From: a virus
Taxonomy: Duplodnaviria; Caudoviricetes
Virus record (IMG/VR): IMGVR_UViG_3300021387_000681
Coordinates: 27,273 to 91,272 of that record
Direction: 5' to 3' (one strand)
Length of the DNA: 64,000 nt
This document shows positions 29,601 through 40,110 of this stretch, piece by piece. The position numbers and the translations under genes are program-made. Within the stretch, counting starts at the first letter, position 1. Each line of letters opens with the position of its first letter. Below the pieces are notes generated by a model, which saw only the letters and a list, made by a program, of their open reading frames with translations, ran no database searches and was not told the origin of the DNA.

Positions 29601-30533
29601 TTAAAAAGTATCAAATGGCATATCTTCAGCAGCGGCTGTAAACATATCATCCATAGGATCTACACCACCACCTAGCATAGGATCTGCAACAGGAATACCA
29701 CTATTAATACCTCCAGGAATACCTACATTGGGAGTCTTAGCTTCAGCTTCTTTACGAGGAATAATACTTTCTGTAATTGGATTCAAACGAATAGCAGGAG
29801 CAACATTCTGCTTGAAAATCTCAATACAACCTTCACCTACAATATTTGGTAAAGCAAGTTCTCCGTTATTAACTTTCTTCCAAGTAGCGTTCTTCTTAGA
29901 AGAACCTTTAACATAACGAAGAAGTTTCATCCAAATAGTAATAGGCTTTTTATTAGCATCCATAAATACAGGATTTCCATTATTTCCAGTATTCATAATA
30001 GATGCAAAATTCTCAAATAATGTTTTCCAACCTTCAACAACAGTTTCAGGCTCTACACTTACATAATTTCCTTCTTCATCAACATCATCAAAAGGAAGAG
30101 TAAGAGCAGCAATTTCTTCATCATTGAGTTCGCGAAGACCTTTAGTTACAAATACATCTAAAAGATGCTTCATCCAATTAAATATACTATCAACAGTCCA
30201 AGCCTTACTTCCGCCAGGAATAGTTTCAATATTACTCTCTTGAGCATTAAATGTTAAATTAGTATATTTACGACGATTAGGTTCTTTTTCATTAGAAGCA
30301 AAATTAATAACTAAACGAGGAATTGTAAGTCCATTAAAACTTGGCATACCAGTTGTATCTTCGCCAATCTTAACCTCACGAACTTCAACACTTTCAATAT
30401 GACCTAAAAACAAGCCATTAGGTTTAGCATCTTTGTCTGAAAATTTGAGACGATTAGTACCCCGGGCAGTACCAATACCTCTACCAACCTTTACAGGTTC
30501 TGTAGCTTTAGAAGTTTTCTTTTCTTCTGCCAT
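29601..30533 (-). CDS. Putative single-stranded DNA-binding protein
   Basis: Gly/Pro linker and acidic EDMPFDTF tail; located in the replication cluster. Confidence 0.6.
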   Translation of the reverse strand: MAEEKKTSKATEPVKVGRGIGTARGTNRLKFSDKDAKPNGLFLGHIESVEVREVKIGEDTTGMPSFNGLTIPRLVINFASNEKEPNRRKYTNLTFNAQESNIETIPGGSKAWTVDSIFNWMKHLLDVFVTKGLRELNDEEIAALTLPFDDVDEEGNYVSVEPETVVEGWKTLFENFASIMNTGNNGNPVFMDANKKPITIWMKLLRYVKGSSKKNATWKKVNNGELALPNIVGEGCIEIFKQNVAPAIRLNPITESIIPRKEAEAKTPNVGIPGGINSGIPVADPMLGGGVDPMDDMFTAAAEDMPFDTF

Positions 30534-30570
30534 GTTAAAAAACGTTTTTTAAAATGTTGATAATTAGTTA

Positions 30571-30613
30571 CAAAAATGGGTGCAGTAGATATTAAAGCAC
30601 CTACCGCACCCAT
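30571..30613 (-). terminator. Intrinsic terminator
   Basis: ATGGGTGCGGTAG...CTACTGCACCCATTTTTG on the minus strand. Confidence 0.8.
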
Positions 30614-30641
30614 AGTTTACTTATGAGTAAATAACAATCAA

Positions 30642-31445
30642 TTAATCCTCAGCTTCATCAGCGTTTTTACCTCTTTGGATAGGAGCCTTATCTTCAAACT
30701 CACCAAGTTGATAAGCGATAACCTTAACATTTTCATAACCATTAGTTATCTCAAATTCACAAGGCTGAGTCAAATCAATAGCAAAAGCACGATTTACAGA
30801 CTCCTTATCATCAATGTCAGCTTTAAGCTGATTCCAAACATTACTGTCAGTACCAGTAAGACTTGTTCCTACACCAGTAAGTTGAGCAGGATTAGCTAAC
30901 TTACATCCTTGATACTTAACAACTTCACGAGGAGTTACAAACTCAGAAAGAATGTCAAGCTGTTCATCCTTAGTGATACCATCACGAGTAAGAGCAGCCT
31001 TAACTTCATCATCTGCATCTTCCATAGCAGCAGCCATCATAGCATCGAAATTCTGATTTGCATAAGTCAGCTTATCTTTCTTAGTAAGACGCTCGCTAGC
31101 CATCTGATAATTACCCTTTGTAGTCTTGAGAGCAATACCCTTAGCAACATACCATTCATCAAATTCATTGTGAATAAGAGTAGCAGCTTCTGCTGTGCCA
31201 AGTTCTACACCATTTTCTTCACAGAACTGAACCAACTCCGGCATATTGTTCTTAATTGCCATATCAATCTCGTTGATATTATTCAAGAACATCAGATAAT
31301 CACCATGAGCCAAACCCAAAGCTTTACTTACTGGAGGAGTAATACGAAAACCACCATTAGTACTTGAAGCGATAACTTCGGGATTAACTACTACGTTACG
31401 CTGACCTGCGTTTACTGCTGAAACTGAAAAATTAATCTTTTTCAT
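30642..31445 (-). CDS. Conserved crAss replication-module protein, probably highly expressed
   Basis: 267 aa; host-like codons (AAG, CGT, GAG); acidic C-terminus. Confidence 0.7.
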   Translation of the reverse strand: MKKINFSVSAVNAGQRNVVVNPEVIASSTNGGFRITPPVSKALGLAHGDYLMFLNNINEIDMAIKNNMPELVQFCEENGVELGTAEAATLIHNEFDEWYVAKGIALKTTKGNYQMASERLTKKDKLTYANQNFDAMMAAAMEDADDEVKAALTRDGITKDEQLDILSEFVTPREVVKYQGCKLANPAQLTGVGTSLTGTDSNVWNQLKADIDDKESVNRAFAIDLTQPCEFEITNGYENVKVIAYQLGEFEDKAPIQRGKNADEAED

Positions 31446-31526
31446 AATCTTAAAAATTTTTAAGTTAATAATTAAATGAAAATACGATGCAATAGCATCT
31501 TAATGTTCTTCATTTTAGTTAATAAA

Positions 31527-32492
31527 TTAATTTACTTCTTCTGCCGATATTTCTTCCACATCAGCATCATTTAAATCTTTACCAGCGACTATTTTCAATT
31601 CAGTTGTTTCCATAACACCAAACAAAATGTCGCTAGCAATATCTCTGGCAGCATAAGTGAAAGCTCTATGACCTATTAAGATTCTAGCATATTTAAGATA
31701 AGTATCTTTCTCAAATAAGCCTGCATCTTGAGCTTCACTATAACTGAAATGTCCAATAGCTGTTTTTTCTTTTCCATTAATAGTTCTACATAACTTATAT
31801 TCAGTTACATAATCTACCGGATTATTAGGAACTCTATAGACAGGTATTTTACCTTCTTTAGAAACCTCAGCTATTTGCTGTCGAGTAACAGCAACACCAA
31901 ACTTACTAGAATTTAGTTGATACTCCTTATAGAGATTACCTTTTAAATCCTTATACCATTTAACAGGATAAACATAAATAAGGTCATCAGAATCATTATT
32001 ATTTTTCTCATTAGCCTCTTTAGCATCTCTACATCGACGAACATAGTCGGGAAATTTTCCGTCAACATAAACATTAATGCCGTCTGTATATTCATACAGA
32101 GGAGTATAATCTTTAACTAAATCCCATGTAACTCCTGCCCTCAACAATAATGCTTTGATAACATGAATATCAGTACCAGTTTTACCATTAATAACATGAA
32201 CGTGTTCAAGACAAGCACTAAATGGAAGATTATAATCTTTAGCTCTCATCATAATAGCTAAACCATCTTCCACAGTTTTAATACCTCCTTTATCACTTCT
32301 CATTATTCTTTTGAGAAATGTTTCAGCAGCTATTAATTGATCTGGATCAAGAAAATTAACACTATTCATTCCATTATCACTAATGGTAATTTGTTTAGCT
32401 TCATGTTTAACAACGGCTTTGTTAGTACTATGTTCATCATTTGGAACATTAGCATCAACACTAGTTGCTACTTCTTGATTATCTTTACTCAT
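31527..32492 (-). CDS. RecT/Sak-like ssDNA-annealing protein
   Basis: HVINGK, FSYSEAQDAGL, Y.R.LI.HRAFTYAARDI.SD.L.G motifs. Confidence 0.7.
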   Translation of the reverse strand: MSKDNQEVATSVDANVPNDEHSTNKAVVKHEAKQITISDNGMNSVNFLDPDQLIAAETFLKRIMRSDKGGIKTVEDGLAIMMRAKDYNLPFSACLEHVHVINGKTGTDIHVIKALLLRAGVTWDLVKDYTPLYEYTDGINVYVDGKFPDYVRRCRDAKEANEKNNNDSDDLIYVYPVKWYKDLKGNLYKEYQLNSSKFGVAVTRQQIAEVSKEGKIPVYRVPNNPVDYVTEYKLCRTINGKEKTAIGHFSYSEAQDAGLFEKDTYLKYARILIGHRAFTYAARDIASDILFGVMETTELKIVAGKDLNDADVEEISAEEVN

Positions 32493-32516
32493 ATTGTCAA
32501 AGAACTAATTACATTG

Positions 32517-32547
32517 CAAATATACATTGTTTAGTCCAAACTACAAA
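32517..32547 (-). promoter_or_regulatory. Bacteroidota primary-sigma promoter
   Basis: TTTG-N19-TATATTTG on the minus strand, upstream of 32492. Confidence 0.7.
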
Positions 32548-33923
32548 ATTATATCCAAATTATTTTCACTGAATTTTGCATTTTTAGCATTTACTTTCTC
32601 TATTTCTACATTTTTCAATTTAATTATATCTATCAGTGCATTTTCTTCTATTATTTCATCACATATTATATAATGTATTTCAATAGGACTTTTAGTCACT
32701 TCAACATTTTCAAATCTAGCCATAAAGTCATTAATATTCGGACACAAAGTAGTAGTGAAAATGATTGTGTCACAAGCTATTTTTAGCTTGCTATTTGACG
32801 ATGATTTTATAGATAGTACATTGATAATGTTATTATTAAACTGCTCTTCTGACAGGCTTGAAATAGCCTGCGATTTAAGAACTTTTTGTTTACCTTTATT
32901 AACTCCACTTTTAACTAATATAGGTTCTCCATATAAAGTAGTAGCTAATTTATCAGGTATTTCATCATGATAATCTCCACAATCTATTTCATTATATTTA
33001 AGTGTGGATGTGACTAAATTTGCAAACTCATCAGTTTTGTTAACAACAACAACTTTTTCTCCTTGATCAACCATATTTATAACTAAATTAACAAGTTTAT
33101 CTAGTTTAGCAGTATTATCAGTTATAAGTTTTCTTCTTTTATTAGCAATAGAGAAAAAATTACAAGCACGTTCATAAAGAGCATTTGGATTATACATATC
33201 ATCAACAGCTTTATAAAATTCTAAACTTGTGTCCATAGTATTAGACCAACCGTTAAGTGCAGCAAGTTCTTCTCTATATTCAGCTGATGATTTATTGTTA
33301 CGACCAATCCTACAATTATTAATTGTATCTATATCTCCAAATATTTTAATAGTATCATTTATATATTCAGTATAATTATTATATAGCTCTTTATCATCGG
33401 CAGACAGACTCACATAATGAACATATCCCTTTACGGGGAAAACTCTATTGAAATCCTTAGGAACAATTATTCCAGCATCTTTATATTTATTTCTAATAGC
33501 TATTATTTTATCAAAATCATATATAGGATTCCTTAATATAACAAGACCAAATTTACATTCATCTTTTATTTTAGTTATAATATTAATATTATCAACACCA
33601 TAAAATATACATAAGTCATAAGCATAATGATATTTAGGATTAATATAATTTTTTGTAATTATTGTAAAATCATTATAATTTAATCCTGTTGAATCCATTA
33701 GATTTTTAATATCTACTCTATCATTATAAGTATCAATAATTATTAATATTCTACTATTAGGTCTCGCTAATTTAAATCTATTTATAATATCAATTATTGT
33801 TCCTAAAGCAGTCTTTTTATCAAAACAATAAAAAGACATATTGCCATGTAGTTCTTGAAACTTTTTAGCAATATCTTGAAGCAATCTTTTATTAGTCATC
33901 AAATAAAGTATTAAATTGTCCAT
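32541..33923 (-). CDS. SF2 helicase-like protein, apparently degenerate
   Basis: RRKLI...KLDKL..LV..GEKVVV, YHD, EQFNN..INVL C-terminal RecA-like pattern; no clear Walker A or DExH. Confidence 0.55.
   Translation of the reverse strand: MDNLILYLMTNKRLLQDIAKKFQELHGNMSFYCFDKKTALGTIIDIINRFKLARPNSRILIIIDTYNDRVDIKNLMDSTGLNYNDFTIITKNYINPKYHYAYDLCIFYGVDNINIITKIKDECKFGLVILRNPIYDFDKIIAIRNKYKDAGIIVPKDFNRVFPVKGYVHYVSLSADDKELYNNYTEYINDTIKIFGDIDTINNCRIGRNNKSSAEYREELAALNGWSNTMDTSLEFYKAVDDMYNPNALYERACNFFSIANKRRKLITDNTAKLDKLVNLVINMVDQGEKVVVVNKTDEFANLVTSTLKYNEIDCGDYHDEIPDKLATTLYGEPILVKSGVNKGKQKVLKSQAISSLSEEQFNNNIINVLSIKSSSNSKLKIACDTIIFTTTLCPNINDFMARFENVEVTKSPIEIHYIICDEIIEENALIDIIKLKNVEIEKVNAKNAKFSENNLDIIL
33426..33439 (-). 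repeat. Dispersed CCCCGTA motif copy 10 (in CDS)
   Basis: TCCCTTTACGGGGA. Confidence 0.9.
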
Positions 33924-36261
33924 TATATTTCTTTAATAAAGCTTTTCCGCTTTTAGCACCTTTTTTATTAGGCTTTTGATTTGGACTAATTTGTAGTTTA
34001 ATAGGATTTATTATTTTCATACACTCTTCATAATAATAATTATAATTTATATTTCTTAAAGTAATATATTTATCATCGAGTGTATTTAATATTGTAACTT
34101 TCTTTCCAGCAGCAAGTCCTGTCTTAGCACCTCCAACATTTCTTACTTTATATAAATTAAGCCCATCAATAGATACATAAAATCTAACATTTCTTTGCAT
34201 CATTTCATTAGTTTCTGGAATAGAACGAAATCCGTAATGTGAATCATTTTTATTAGCATTATATTCATCTTCATCAACTATTTTACAATTATTAGTATCG
34301 TCTATAAAATAATATTCTTTTCTAAACTTTCCACTACTTGTAGCAACATGGAATTGTTTTCCTATATTTTCAGTTTTACAAAACATCAATATATTTTCTT
34401 CTTCATATAATGTATCAAGCACTGGTTTACCTTCAAGAAAATAATTAACTACAGCTTTAGCAACTATAGGCATATTATATCCTTTACTTAAATCAGATAG
34501 ATACATTTCAGGATTTAATGCACCTTTATAACTTATTTTACCATTAAGTTCTCTAATAACATAATTATTTATATCTCTATTTATATACCTATCATATTCT
34601 TCACTATCTGCATCTAATCCTGTATATTCTTTCCATCTATCAGCTATTTCATTAAATAATTCTCTTTTACTATTTTCTAGTTTTACTACTATACCATCTG
34701 TATTAGCAGATACAACTTCTATACCATTAAGTTCAAGTTCTTCGCAAAGCATCATAATCATTAATTGTCCATTAATAGTTACTTTTAATACAGCTAATCT
34801 ATCACAAATATCTCCATATTCATAACCCAATTTACCATATATACTATTAATCACAATCTTTAATGCACCAGCAACAAGATCTTTTGGTATTCCATCAATA
34901 AGAGGTTCTGCACTATGTTTAGCTGCAATTCTTGTATCTTTAAGCCATGTAATAAGTTTAACAAAAGTAAACTCATCCATATGCTTAGGAGCAATTTTAT
35001 ATACACTCATAATACTTGGATAAAAACTACTTATATCCCAGTGCACATAAATATACTCATCAGGTTTACTTATTAGTTCTCTTGGTATATCTTGACTATG
35101 TAAACCGCCTGTAGCTATAGTATATTTAAGATTACCTAATTTAACTTCACGTTTAAAAGCATCCTTACCTATACTATATATAACTACATTTTTCATATCT
35201 TCAAGAAGTTCTTGAAGTTCTGGGGTTTTAAATTTAATATTATCAAATATAACTTTCTTAAAAGCCATAGCTTTTCTTTCAGTTTTCTTTCCACCCCATC
35301 TTGTATAATCAAGACCACTAAATTCACTATAAAATTTAATAAATAATTTATCAGCTATATTACTTCGAGAACTATTAAGTAAATTTACATCATAAGCTCT
35401 ACTAAGATTATATCTTAATAATATTTCGTCCATAAACAGTCTAATTATTTCACAGACGATATAATCATCATTAAGATTATAGTGCATAGTAGGCTCAATC
35501 CATTCATCAATTATATATCTATCCCATTTACTTATATATTTATTTAAAGCATCTGTTCCTCTATCAAGCCAATTTTCAGAGACTTTTTCATAGAAATGGG
35601 CATCTTTTTCACTTATTGGAGGAAGTTCATATTCCAATAATTCATACCATTGTATATTAATACTAGTTTGTTTAAGACTTTTACCAAAATAAGTTTTTTC
35701 TCCATTTTCATTCATCATACTACCAACTTTATTAAGAGCAAATATCTTCATTACATCAATATCTCTATAAGGTAATTTATATTTACTTAGCATATTTAGC
35801 ATATAATCATTCTTACGATTATCATCTTCACTTTGAGAAGCTATTATCTTTTTACTAGTTTCATATAATTTAGTAATAAGCTCTTTAGTAGTATTAGTTT
35901 GAAATGCGTTCATCAATAAACAAGCAACCATAAGTTTATCATAAGACATACTATTATAACCAAATAAATCATTGATTAAAACAGTTCCATTTTCTAGTCT
36001 TTTAGGTCGCATATTATTAATAAATCCCATTAATTGTAACAGTTGTGAATCATCAGTATCTGTAATATAAAACTGATGTTTCACAACTGTTTCTAATTTT
36101 TTTTCTATCTCAGCAACTTTAAATTTTTGAGTTAAAGGAATAGGTTTACCTTTTTCATTTTTACAATCTTTAAAAGTCTTAAGATAAGAATTAACATCAA
36201 CAAATGATATGCTAAAGAAATTTGGAAGAACTTCTACATCATATACATAAGGTTGTATCAT
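33892..36261 (-). CDS. DNA polymerase family B
   Basis: YDVE and GYN..YD exonuclease motifs; DISSFYPS, KIVINSIYG, NTDG. Confidence 0.95.
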   Translation of the reverse strand: MIQPYVYDVEVLPNFFSISFVDVNSYLKTFKDCKNEKGKPIPLTQKFKVAEIEKKLETVVKHQFYITDTDDSQLLQLMGFINNMRPKRLENGTVLINDLFGYNSMSYDKLMVACLLMNAFQTNTTKELITKLYETSKKIIASQSEDDNRKNDYMLNMLSKYKLPYRDIDVMKIFALNKVGSMMNENGEKTYFGKSLKQTSINIQWYELLEYELPPISEKDAHFYEKVSENWLDRGTDALNKYISKWDRYIIDEWIEPTMHYNLNDDYIVCEIIRLFMDEILLRYNLSRAYDVNLLNSSRSNIADKLFIKFYSEFSGLDYTRWGGKKTERKAMAFKKVIFDNIKFKTPELQELLEDMKNVVIYSIGKDAFKREVKLGNLKYTIATGGLHSQDIPRELISKPDEYIYVHWDISSFYPSIMSVYKIAPKHMDEFTFVKLITWLKDTRIAAKHSAEPLIDGIPKDLVAGALKIVINSIYGKLGYEYGDICDRLAVLKVTINGQLMIMMLCEELELNGIEVVSANTDGIVVKLENSKRELFNEIADRWKEYTGLDADSEEYDRYINRDINNYVIRELNGKISYKGALNPEMYLSDLSKGYNMPIVAKAVVNYFLEGKPVLDTLYEEENILMFCKTENIGKQFHVATSSGKFRKEYYFIDDTNNCKIVDEDEYNANKNDSHYGFRSIPETNEMMQRNVRFYVSIDGLNLYKVRNVGGAKTGLAAGKKVTILNTLDDKYITLRNINYNYYYEECMKIINPIKLQISPNQKPNKKGAKSGKALLKKYNGQFNTLFDD

Positions 36262-36755
36262 AATGATTCCATTTCTTTAAGTTGTTCCTTAAATTGATTC
36301 TTAACATAATCATTTCCTACAACAAGACAATAAGGATTATAGTATCTTTTTATCTTGTATCTATTTAATATAAGTTTATGAACATAACTTAAATCAACAT
36401 CTCCAAAGGCAAATATATATTTAGCTTGTAATCTAGCAAGTTGTTTATTTAGTATACTAGAACAATATTTACCTATATCATTATTTATATCATATTGAGG
36501 AATATAACATTTAGCATCTCTAGTTATATAATAATTTTCCTCAATATTTGGTAAATAGTCTTTTAATATATTTATAGAACTAATATAAGTTCCAGTTTTC
36601 TTATAATCTACACTATAAGTTGGAACTATTATTATTTTATTTGCATATAGATTTCCAAAACCTAAGTTTAGTTCAGTATCATTTTTAGCATATAATCTAG
36701 CAGGACAATTTACACAATAAACACAATTAGTTATTTTTACTCTATTTACTATCAT
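36258..36755 (-). CDS. Uracil-DNA glycosylase-like protein (family 4-like, degenerate)
   Basis: CxxC, G.GNLYA, YIT...KC, C...L..Q, I.AFG, YYNP. Confidence 0.55.
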   Translation of the reverse strand: MIVNRVKITNCVYCVNCPARLYAKNDTELNLGFGNLYANKIIIVPTYSVDYKKTGTYISSINILKDYLPNIEENYYITRDAKCYIPQYDINNDIGKYCSSILNKQLARLQAKYIFAFGDVDLSYVHKLILNRYKIKRYYNPYCLVVGNDYVKNQFKEQLKEMESL

Positions 36756-37056
36756 CTTTAAGATGTCTTAAAAGTAAAGCAATAGGTTTACTACCATAAT
36801 GTTTACTACCAAGATAGCCTCTATGAAAAGTAAATTTACAAGACAAACTATAAAATGATTTAATAATACTATTATATCTATTATTATTAATTTTGTCAAC
36901 TAATGGCATTTCACGTTTACCTATACGACTTGTATCTTTACGCCATCCACTATCAGTTCCAATACCTTTATATGTATTAGCGTTACGACGACGAATACGA
37001 CTATTTGGTCTTTTTGGATTTAAATTTATATTATTCATAATTTTATTATTTTCCAT
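36742..37056 (-). CDS. Hypothetical basic protein
   Basis: 104-aa coupled ORF. Confidence 0.55.
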   Translation of the reverse strand: MENNKIMNNINLNPKRPNSRIRRRNANTYKGIGTDSGWRKDTSRIGKREMPLVDKINNNRYNSIIKSFYSLSCKFTFHRGYLGSKHYGSKPIALLLRHLKDDSK

Positions 37057-38497
37057 AACACAAAATTAATTGTTTTCTAGCTCTACTACAACCAACATAA
37101 AGCCTACGAAGCATTTCATCAGCATTTGTATACATTTTACCATCTCTAGTATAAACCATATCATTAATGTCTACAAATACTATATCATAAGTACTTCCTT
37201 GAGCTTTATGAGATGTTAAAGCAAATCCATAACTTATACTTGCTTGTACTTTTATAGATTTATCTCTATTTAATATATTACAAGGAATAAGATATTTCTT
37301 TTTAAAATCATAATATTCTTTCCATTTAGATACTCTTGTACCTCCAGTTGCATTAAATGCAGCTTTTTTAAGTTCGCTTAAAACATTATCATATAATTTA
37401 ATACTATTAATATCTTTAGCATCTATAACGAATATAGGTTGTGTTATTCTTCCGCCGTGTATCATTTGGAATTTAACCATAAATCCTTTAAACCCATATT
37501 TATTATCAACATAATTAACAATGTCATGAACTATATATTCTTCACTATTTATTATTATAGTAGAAAGAAAATCATCAACTATAGTTTCATTGGACATTAT
37601 TAAATCATTTTTAGTAAGCATAGATTTATCAGCATCTTTAATAATTTTATTCCTTATATAAGTATTCCAATTAGACACAGCTATATTCGTATAAGCTATC
37701 ATTCTGTATTTATCAACATTTCTAGTAAATTCTTCATCATTAAAACTCATATCAACTATACTCTTAAATACTGAAGGATTAGTTATCAAATAACCTTCTT
37801 CATCTTCATTAAATATATTTTCTCCAACATGAGAAGAAACATAATGTAGAAAATTGAAAGTTTTATTTGATATATCATCTCTAAGTATTTGTAATAAATC
37901 TCTAATAGGATTATCTACTTCTTGTCTAACAATTTCATTTAAATAGAATACTTTACTACAAATATCAAAAGCTATAGATTTTCTTTGATTAACAGGAGGT
38001 AATTGAGAAGCATCTCCAACAAATATAAGTTTAATTTGTTGATCTCTACAAGTTTTAGTTACATAAGTAACAATTCCTGCAGGAAGCATACTACTTTCAT
38101 CAATTATAAGAAGTTTGGCTTGTTCTAGTTTTGGTTTAGCTTTTGGATTAAATTGTGGTCTATCTGGATTAAAATCCTCAAGTTTTAAATCTAATCTAAA
38201 ACCAAATAAACTTTGAATAGTTTCAACTTTTCTACCCCCAATCGCTTGGGATAGAACTCTACATGCCTTATGAGTTGGGCTAGCACATTTAATAACAGAA
38301 TTACTATATTTACAATTTTCAATAATGTAATTAGTTACAAATGTCTTACCGACTCCACCTGGTCCACATAATCCAACAATATATTTATTAGGATTAAATG
38401 GAGCATTAATAAACTCAATGATGCCTTCCACAGCAACTTTTTGGTCGTTTGTGAAAGAAACATCACTGAGTTTACTATTTGCTACCTGAATACTCAT
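37046..38497 (-). CDS. SF1B (Dda/RecD-like) DNA helicase
   Basis: GPGGVGKT, SPTHKA, IDESSM, GDASQLPPV, HKAQGSTY, YVGCSRAR. Confidence 0.95.
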   Translation of the reverse strand: MSIQVANSKLSDVSFTNDQKVAVEGIIEFINAPFNPNKYIVGLCGPGGVGKTFVTNYIIENCKYSNSVIKCASPTHKACRVLSQAIGGRKVETIQSLFGFRLDLKLEDFNPDRPQFNPKAKPKLEQAKLLIIDESSMLPAGIVTYVTKTCRDQQIKLIFVGDASQLPPVNQRKSIAFDICSKVFYLNEIVRQEVDNPIRDLLQILRDDISNKTFNFLHYVSSHVGENIFNEDEEGYLITNPSVFKSIVDMSFNDEEFTRNVDKYRMIAYTNIAVSNWNTYIRNKIIKDADKSMLTKNDLIMSNETIVDDFLSTIIINSEEYIVHDIVNYVDNKYGFKGFMVKFQMIHGGRITQPIFVIDAKDINSIKLYDNVLSELKKAAFNATGGTRVSKWKEYYDFKKKYLIPCNILNRDKSIKVQASISYGFALTSHKAQGSTYDIVFVDINDMVYTRDGKMYTNADEMLRRLYVGCSRARKQLILCYGK

Positions 38498-38934
38498 TTC
38501 TTCATTTTCTCTCTAAAGTGTCTTGCAGCTTGCATACTTTCTTCATTATCTAAAGAACAATCAGCTACAGACTTTATTTTAAAAAATTCTTGTTTAATAA
38601 CGTTATTAATTACTACGTTACCCTTTACAATACAACCAGCGGTAAATGGCAAATATCCTTTTGCATGAGGAAAACCATAGAAAGGATCTCTAATTAATCT
38701 AAATCTTTTATTATCTAGAAGATTTTTAGAATAAATAATCTTACATCCTTTAGTTTCATAACTATCAGGATGAATAAAATATTGCACATTATTATAAGAA
38801 ACATAGAAATTTAAGTTATCATCAATGTGTACAACTCCAATACAATCTTTTTGGAGTATTTTAACATTACTAATAACTTTATATTTCTTTTTATTTATTA
38901 GTTTTTGTGCAACACTAAAACTAAATGCTGGCAT
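38494..38934 (-). CDS. Hypothetical protein
   Basis: 146-aa ORF. Confidence 0.65.
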   Translation of the reverse strand: MPAFSFSVAQKLINKKKYKVISNVKILQKDCIGVVHIDDNLNFYVSYNNVQYFIHPDSYETKGCKIIYSKNLLDNKRFRLIRDPFYGFPHAKGYLPFTAGCIVKGNVVINNVIKQEFFKIKSVADCSLDNEESMQAARHFREKMKK

Positions 38935-39244
38935 GACGTTTACCTACTTTAAAATTGTCATCAAATCCTAACTTAGGCGCAGCCACTCTTTTAGTTTTAG
39001 TTTTCTTAGTTTCAATAGAAACTACATCATCTTTTTTACTAATAGTTGGAACACTAGCAATAAAAGTCTGAAAATATCCACAATAATGGCAAAGATAATC
39101 AATCTTACCCCAGCTTCCATTGCCTACATCGGTGGCATCCTTAGCAACTTTAATACATTTAGATGCTACGTCAACTTTAATGCTCTTTTTTTTAGTTAGT
39201 GCCCTAACGACACTAACTTCATCATAAGATTTTTTCTTACTCAT
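38921..39244 (-). CDS. Hypothetical protein (crAss-conserved type)
   Basis: GNGSWGKIDYLCHYCGY. Confidence 0.65.
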   Translation of the reverse strand: MSKKKSYDEVSVVRALTKKKSIKVDVASKCIKVAKDATDVGNGSWGKIDYLCHYCGYFQTFIASVPTISKKDDVVSIETKKTKTKRVAAPKLGFDDNFKVGKRHASI

Positions 39245-39265
39245 TTTACGTTAGTTTTAAAAGGT

Positions 39266-39448
39266 TTATTTAAATAATTTATTTGAACACTCTGGACAGT
39301 AATGTTTGTTATTATTTACTGTCCAATGATAATAAATGGCTATTATTTTAGCTTTAACAGGATCTTCAAAGAGACCATTTCCATGTTGTAGTTGTTTATG
39401 ACAATTATCACAAACAACAGCATAACAACTTTTAACAATAAATGCCAT
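39266..39448 (-). CDS. Small zinc-finger protein
   Basis: CDNC...HYCPEC. Confidence 0.7.
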   Translation of the reverse strand: MAFIVKSCYAVVCDNCHKQLQHGNGLFEDPVKAKIIAIYYHWTVNNNKHYCPECSNKLFK

Positions 39449-39472
39449 AGTTTTATTAACTTATTATTCTTC

Positions 39473-39486
39473 TCCCCGTAGAGGGA
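39473..39486 (+). repeat. Dispersed CCCCGTA motif copy 11 (intergenic)
   Basis: TCCCCGTAGAGGGA. Confidence 0.9.
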
Positions 39487-39562
39487 ATGGATTGGTTATA
39501 TTACCTCTTATAGACACTAAATGCTAAAACAGCAAGAGGACATACTGCTTTAGCATTATAAG

Positions 39563-39635
39563 TGGTCCCACTAGGACTTGAACCTAGAACCTTTTGATTA
39601 TGAGTCAACTGCTCTAACCATTGAGCTATAGGACC
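39563..39635 (-). tRNA. tRNA with CAT anticodon (probably Ile2, otherwise elongator Met)
   Basis: Full cloverleaf GGTCCTA..GTTGA-CTCATAA-TCAAA..TTCAAGT..TGGGACCA; C4-G69 and C5-G68 present. Confidence 0.9.
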
Positions 39636-39750
39636 TAATGGATGAAGATAATTAAAAAGATATATACGCAAATTCAAAAAATCACAAGCTACTTATCTTA
39701 TTATTGATTAATTGATAGAATAGTTACTATATCTTCATCCATATTTGTTA

Positions 39751-39981
39751 TTATTTGCGCAGGTCTTTTGGTGTTAGATTATTCCGATAAACAGCACGTC
39801 CATCAGATGGAAAACACCAAACATCACTTATTTCACGAAGAGGTTTAAAATCTTCTTCACCTTTTTGAAGAATAATTTTATTAACTCTTCTATGAAGACG
39901 ATTTGCTCTACTACGTGCAAGTTTATTAGATACATTTCCTGCACATTTCATTTTATGAGTTTTCCTTACACTTCTACTCAT
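39751..39981 (-). CDS. Small basic protein
   Basis: MSRSVRK...RANRLHRR..DVWCFPSDG. Confidence 0.65.
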   Translation of the reverse strand: MSRSVRKTHKMKCAGNVSNKLARSRANRLHRRVNKIILQKGEEDFKPLREISDVWCFPSDGRAVYRNNLTPKDLRK

Positions 39982-40028
39982 TTTATTATAAATAAATGTA
40001 AGTTTAACAATAAGTTAATTATCTCTTG

Positions 40029-40101
40029 TGTTTCAAGAGGGATTCGAACCCTCAACCTACAGCTTAGAAGGCTGTTGCTCTATCCGTTGAGCTATTGAAA
40101 C
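40029..40101 (-). tRNA. tRNA-Arg(TCT)
   Basis: Cloverleaf with ACAGC-CTTCTAA-GCTGT and GGTTCGAATCC. Confidence 0.95.
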
Positions 40102-40110
40102 TTTATAAAC

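Noticed and set aside
39500-39562. tRNA-associated HDV-like (theta) ribozyme in the tRNA-CAT trailer
   Set aside because: A TCCTC is present but I could build only a simple hairpin, not the nested double pseudoknot
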